Assembly (NCBI GenBank): GCA_012689375.1
Contig: JAAZLO010000028.1
Location: forward strand, 25,665 to 89,664
Source: Bacillota bacterium
Lineage (GTDB): Bacteria > Bacillota > SHA-98 > UBA4971
DNA length: 64,000 nt
Direction: 5' to 3'
Part shown: one piece after another, positions 60,558 to 64,000 of the stretch
Position numbering within the stretch: the stretch's first letter is position 1
Layout: each line of letters begins with the position of its first letter
Translations under genes and position numbers: made by a program
The notes under the pieces: model-generated
Told to the model about the DNA's origin: nothing
Databases searched by the model: none
What the model saw: only the letters and a program-made list of their open reading frames with translations

Positions 60558-61856
60558 ATGATCATCACCCGTAAAAAGCTGATAGCTATTGTTGTAGGAA
60601 TATGTATTTCTGTAATAATTCCAATTATTACAAGCAGGCATTTATCTCTGTCTGTTACAAGCAGGATATATACGAGGTTAAATAGGTATCCTGAGATTAT
60701 ATTCATTCCGAATTATACTGAGGGACCTCATTTAGCGGCAAGATCCGCTGTATTGATTGAGGCTTTGACAGGTACAGTAATTTACGGAAAAAATGAGCAT
60801 ATGCGTATGCATCCTGCCAGTACAACGAAGATAATGACTGCCCTTCTTGCAATAGAGCTCGGAGATATTGAATCCACTGTGATTGTCAGCGAAGATGCAG
60901 CAAGGGTTGGGGGATCTTCTTTATGGCTGAGAAAAGGCCAAAAAATAAAACTTGGGGATCTTATCCGAGGGGTAATGCTTAAATCAGGCAATGATGGCTG
61001 TGTTGCTATTGCCCAACACATAGCAGGCAAGGAAGAAAGTTTTGTAAGAATGATGAATTTGAAAGCCCAAAAGCTGGGCGCAGTTAATACGAAGTTCTCC
61101 AATACCCATGGCTTAACTGAGCCGGATCATTATTCCACTGCATTCGATTTAGCCCTTATGGCCGGATATGGGTTGAAATATCCATTATTTGCAGATATAG
61201 TAAGCACACGGGAAGCAGAAATAACTATAACCCAGGGGGAATCTGACGAAAAGCGCAAGCTTGCCAACACCAATTGGTTGCTCTGGTCTTTTGAAGGTGC
61301 AGATGGTATAAAAACAGGGACTACAGCAGCTGCTGGCTATTGTCTTGTAGCATCGGCTACCCGCAACAATGTCCAATTTATATCAGTGGTGTTGGATTCA
61401 GATGCAAGATGGTCTGATTCTGCGGCACTTTTAAATTACGGTTTTGAGAAGTTCCGTGTCATGACTTTTGCCGAAAGGGGTTCCACCGTTACTGGGATCG
61501 GTGTTGAAAAAGGAATGGAACCTGAAATCAAGGTAATGGCATCAGATAATATGAGGCTTGTGATTCCACGGGATCTTTCTCATTTGTTTGAGCAAAGGAT
61601 TATCCTTGATGAACCAGTCATTGCACCTGTTTTTCCAGGCCAAACAATAGGCAGGTTGGTAATTATATTTGATGAGGCTGAATTAGCGTCAGTGGATTTG
61701 ATTGCGGAAACAGGTGTAGCCAGGTTGACATTGCCCCGTGTAATAATAAGGAAATTTAAAGATATTATGGTAGGACGAAGGTATAGGAATGCTTCAGTAA
61801 ACACCGGAGGTGAGCTATTTTGGGATTCTCTAAAAGCAAGGTTACCGATGTTATAG
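60558..61856 (+). CDS. D-alanyl-D-alanine carboxypeptidase (PBP5/DacB/DacF type)
   Basis: The SxxK motif is ASTTK, the SxN motif is SGND, and the KTG motif is KTGTT. It has the C-terminal PBP5-type beta domain. N-terminal anchor or signal. Confidence 0.8.
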   Translation: MIITRKKLIAIVVGICISVIIPIITSRHLSLSVTSRIYTRLNRYPEIIFIPNYTEGPHLAARSAVLIEALTGTVIYGKNEHMRMHPASTTKIMTALLAIELGDIESTVIVSEDAARVGGSSLWLRKGQKIKLGDLIRGVMLKSGNDGCVAIAQHIAGKEESFVRMMNLKAQKLGAVNTKFSNTHGLTEPDHYSTAFDLALMAGYGLKYPLFADIVSTREAEITITQGESDEKRKLANTNWLLWSFEGADGIKTGTTAAAGYCLVASATRNNVQFISVVLDSDARWSDSAALLNYGFEKFRVMTFAERGSTVTGIGVEKGMEPEIKVMASDNMRLVIPRDLSHLFEQRIILDEPVIAPVFPGQTIGRLVIIFDEAELASVDLIAETGVARLTLPRVIIRKFKDIMVGRRYRNASVNTGGELFWDSLKARLPML

Positions 61857-62758
61857 TTATAGGTGCAGGTCCTTCAGGGCTTTCGGCTTCTCTTTATGCA
61901 GGACGGGCTAAACTTTCAACTATTGTAATAGAAAAAGGCGTGCCTGGGGGTTTGGCAGCCACAACCCATTGGATTGAAAATTACCCAGGATTTCCGGAAG
62001 GGATTTCCGGATCTGATTTAATGCAGAAAATGGTTGAACAGGTAGAAAGATTCGGCTCGGAATTCGTATACAGTTCTGTAAACAGTGTCTCAACAGATAA
62101 TAAAAGTTATTTTTCAGTAGCCTCTGACAGTGGAGTATTCACATCGAAAGCAGTGATTATTTCTACAGGGACAAACCCTTTAAATCTTGATGTCCCAGGT
62201 GAGGACAGGCTCAGGGGGCTCGGGGTTTCTTATTGTGCCACTTGTGACGGGCCGTTCTTTCGCGGGAAAGACCTGTTGGTGATAGGAGGGGGAGATTCAG
62301 CTATAGCTGAGGCCTTGTTCCTCACGAGATTTGCATCTAAGGTCACTGTCGTTCATAGGCGGGATCAACTGAGGGCTGCAAAATCTATACAAGATCATGC
62401 TTTTAATAACCCTAAAATAGAATTCCGTTGGGATTCTGTGGTTAATGAGATCCTTGGGGAGGCCAAAGTCGAGGGTGCGGTATTAAAGGACGTACGGACA
62501 GGCAGGGTTGAATCTATAAAGACAGACGGAATATTTGTGGCAATAGGCAGCCGTCCTGATACAGGATTTATAAAGGTGAAGGTAGACAAAGATGAAAGGG
62601 GTTATATTCTGACTGATGAACGAATGAGGACCCCGACTCTCGGGTTATTTGCTGCAGGGGATGTTAGGGCGAAGTCATTAAGACAGGTTGTAACTGCTGT
62701 AAGTGATGGGGCTATAGCTGCTGTGGAAGCAGAACAATACCTCGCAGCGGGCAAATAG
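61820..62758 (+). CDS. trxB: Thioredoxin-disulfide reductase
   Basis: FAD motif VIVIGAGPSG, redox-active CATC, NADPH motif GGGDSA. TTG start 6 nt after GGAGGTGA. It overlaps the 3' end of the carboxypeptidase gene by 37 nt. Confidence 0.85.
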   Translation: MGFSKSKVTDVIVIGAGPSGLSASLYAGRAKLSTIVIEKGVPGGLAATTHWIENYPGFPEGISGSDLMQKMVEQVERFGSEFVYSSVNSVSTDNKSYFSVASDSGVFTSKAVIISTGTNPLNLDVPGEDRLRGLGVSYCATCDGPFFRGKDLLVIGGGDSAIAEALFLTRFASKVTVVHRRDQLRAAKSIQDHAFNNPKIEFRWDSVVNEILGEAKVEGAVLKDVRTGRVESIKTDGIFVAIGSRPDTGFIKVKVDKDERGYILTDERMRTPTLGLFAAGDVRAKSLRQVVTAVSDGAIAAVEAEQYLAAGK

Positions 62759-62874
62759 TCTTCGTGTAAGAAGTAATTATAAAGGCGGGAACCGCCCGGC
62801 TTCCTGGCCTTGGGGCATAACATTCCAGGGGGCGATTCCCGCGGTTTCAGGGTGGTTCATTGAGTGGATATACC

Positions 62875-62902
62875 GGAGGCATCGACGCAGCCTCCTTTTA
62901 TT
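62875..62902 (+). terminator. Intrinsic terminator downstream of trxB
   Basis: GGAGGC atcgacgca GCCTCC is followed by TTTTATT. Confidence 0.5.
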
Positions 62903-63142
62903 GGGGAAGTTTGAATACTTATTCTGCTTCCATAACTATGGAACGTAACTCACGAATTTCAGTTCCCTCGGACCGTCAAATTCTTTTAAGATGAGTATTT
63001 TAGAGGATATAAGCTATTTCCCGCGAATAAATACAAACATCGGGCTACAAATTCATACTAAAATATAATGAATACCGGATTTATTGTTCCGGAGGCATGG
63101 GAGTTGTCTCGGATCGCCGGGGAATCCCAATGCTTTCTTATT

Positions 63143-63169
63143 GTTGTCATATTTTAATTTATGCTATAA
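63143..63169 (+). promoter_or_regulatory. Candidate promoter of the V-type ATPase operon
   Basis: Either TTGTCA with a 15-nt spacer, or TTGTTG with an 18-nt spacer, then TATAAT. It lies about 50 nt upstream of the first gene. Confidence 0.3.
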
Positions 63170-63217
63170 TGTACGGCAATGTACAATGCAATTGAGATTT
63201 GATTGGAGGTGATAATC

Positions 63218-63544
63218 TTGGCATACGGAGCTCTAAAAGAGCTTCAGGAGACGGAATCCCATGCTGATGAAAAGGTAAGGCAAGGGGAAGAACAGGCAAA
63301 GGGAATCTTGCGGGACGCTAAAGATGCTGCAAGGGTTCTAATTGAAAACGCAAGGGCTAAAACAATTACTGAAAGGAAATCCATAATTGAGGCGGAGGAG
63401 GCGAAAGCACAGGCTAAAGCCGATAAATTATTAGAGCAAGCAAATGATGAATGCGACCGGCTATATAATGCGGCGAGAAGTAGAATTCCCCGCGCTGTTG
63501 ACTTAGTAGTGGAGAGGATAGTGACGCAAAGTGGCAATCGCTAA
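63218..63544 (+). CDS. V/A-type ATP synthase peripheral-stalk subunit G/H (NtpF-like)
   Basis: About 108-aa all-helical coiled-coil protein (EEQAKGILRDAKDAA...AEEAKAQAKADKLLEQA) immediately preceding subunit I. TTG start 5 nt after GGAGGTGA. Confidence 0.55.
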   Translation: MAYGALKELQETESHADEKVRQGEEQAKGILRDAKDAARVLIENARAKTITERKSIIEAEEAKAQAKADKLLEQANDECDRLYNAARSRIPRAVDLVVERIVTQSGNR

Positions 63545-63545
63545 A

Positions 63546-64000
63546 ATGAAAAAGGTGTCGCTTATTGCGCCTGTATCTTGTGCCGACGGGATTATTGAAG
63601 TTTTACAGGACATCGGCGTAGTCGAAATTGAAAGAACCCGGGTTGAACCTGAAAAGTATTCGTTCAGAAACCTACCCCAAGCAATTGAAGATTTCGGTGA
63701 TAAACAAAGTGAACTGTCAGAGATCCTTACCGAACTACAATTCTGCATAGATTTTTTCAACAAATTCGAGTGGATCCAAAAAAATATTGTTGAGCAGTTT
63801 GCTGGGGGAAAGGTATATATTTCCGGGTCGACCTTTGATGATCTCGGAACCAAGGTTGAAGAAGGCCGTGAAATTTATAAAAAGTGTCGGGAAATTGATG
63901 ACGGACTTTCTAAGAGAAGTAATGAAAAATCCCGCCTTTTGGACAACTATAACCAACTTATAAACTGGGAATGGTTGGATATACCCATTTCTGAACTTAC
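63546..64000 (+). CDS. V/A-type ATP synthase subunit I (5' partial, continues beyond window)
   Basis: This ORF is not in the tracker because it is open at the window end. Its N-terminus MKKVSLIAPVSCADGIIEVLQDIGVVEIE matches the subunit I (NtpI) start pattern MKK.SLIG....D.IL..LQ.LGVVEI. Confidence 0.65.
   Translation, partial: MKKVSLIAPVSCADGIIEVLQDIGVVEIERTRVEPEKYSFRNLPQAIEDFGDKQSELSEILTELQFCIDFFNKFEWIQKNIVEQFAGGKVYISGSTFDDLGTKVEEGREIYKKCREIDDGLSKRSNEKSRLLDNYNQLINWEWLDIPISEL

Overview
This window reads as chromosomal core from a spore-forming Firmicutes/Clostridia-type genome, with GGAGG-type ribosome binding sites and roughly 45% GC. I found no transposases, integrases, CRISPR arrays, tRNA or rRNA genes. 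Gene content, in order along the window:
- Start: a phosphohexomutase, a small secreted protein, and an OmpR/histidine-kinase two-component pair.
- A minus-strand housekeeping block pcrA-ligA-gatCAB.
- An orphan DegT-family aminotransferase, then purine salvage genes (pbuG permease; hpt and guaA on the opposite strand).
- A long minus-strand tungsten/molybdenum cofactor operon (tupABC, two MoeA paralogs, moaA, moaC, a MOSC-MogA fusion) preceded by a sequence that looks like a Moco riboswitch.
- A SpoIID-like protein, a ComB-like phosphatase, an LCP protein, and the t6A operon tsaE-tsaB-rimI-tsaD.
- An adenine deaminase, then a YknWXYZ-like module (Yip1 membrane protein, HlyD adaptor, ABC ATPase, FtsX permease) and a LysE exporter.
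- The Bacillus-like string spoIIE-tilS-ftsH, an orphan urocanase, and an Nfu-like protein.
- An envelope cluster: LysM/BsuPI-like protein, AMMECR1 protein, and a 1678-aa alpha-2-macroglobulin homolog with a C-terminal VanW-like domain.
- A MATE exporter, class II (B12) ribonucleotide reductase, a two-gene operon of secreted hypothetical proteins, a D-Ala-D-Ala carboxypeptidase, trxB, and the start of a V-type ATPase operon.

The most unusual items are:
- the A2M-VanW fusion sitting next to another protease-inhibitor-fold protein;
- a guaA whose glutaminase domain carries a large in-frame deletion;
- a riboswitch-controlled tungstate-uptake and cofactor operon with two MoeA paralogs and a MOSC-MogA fusion;
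- a perfect 29-bp inverted repeat with GTGACAGGGGG iterations in the tsaE/ade divergent promoter region;
- an uncharacterised operon of two secreted beta-rich proteins.

All calls rest on reading the supplied translations and sequence by eye. No database search was run.
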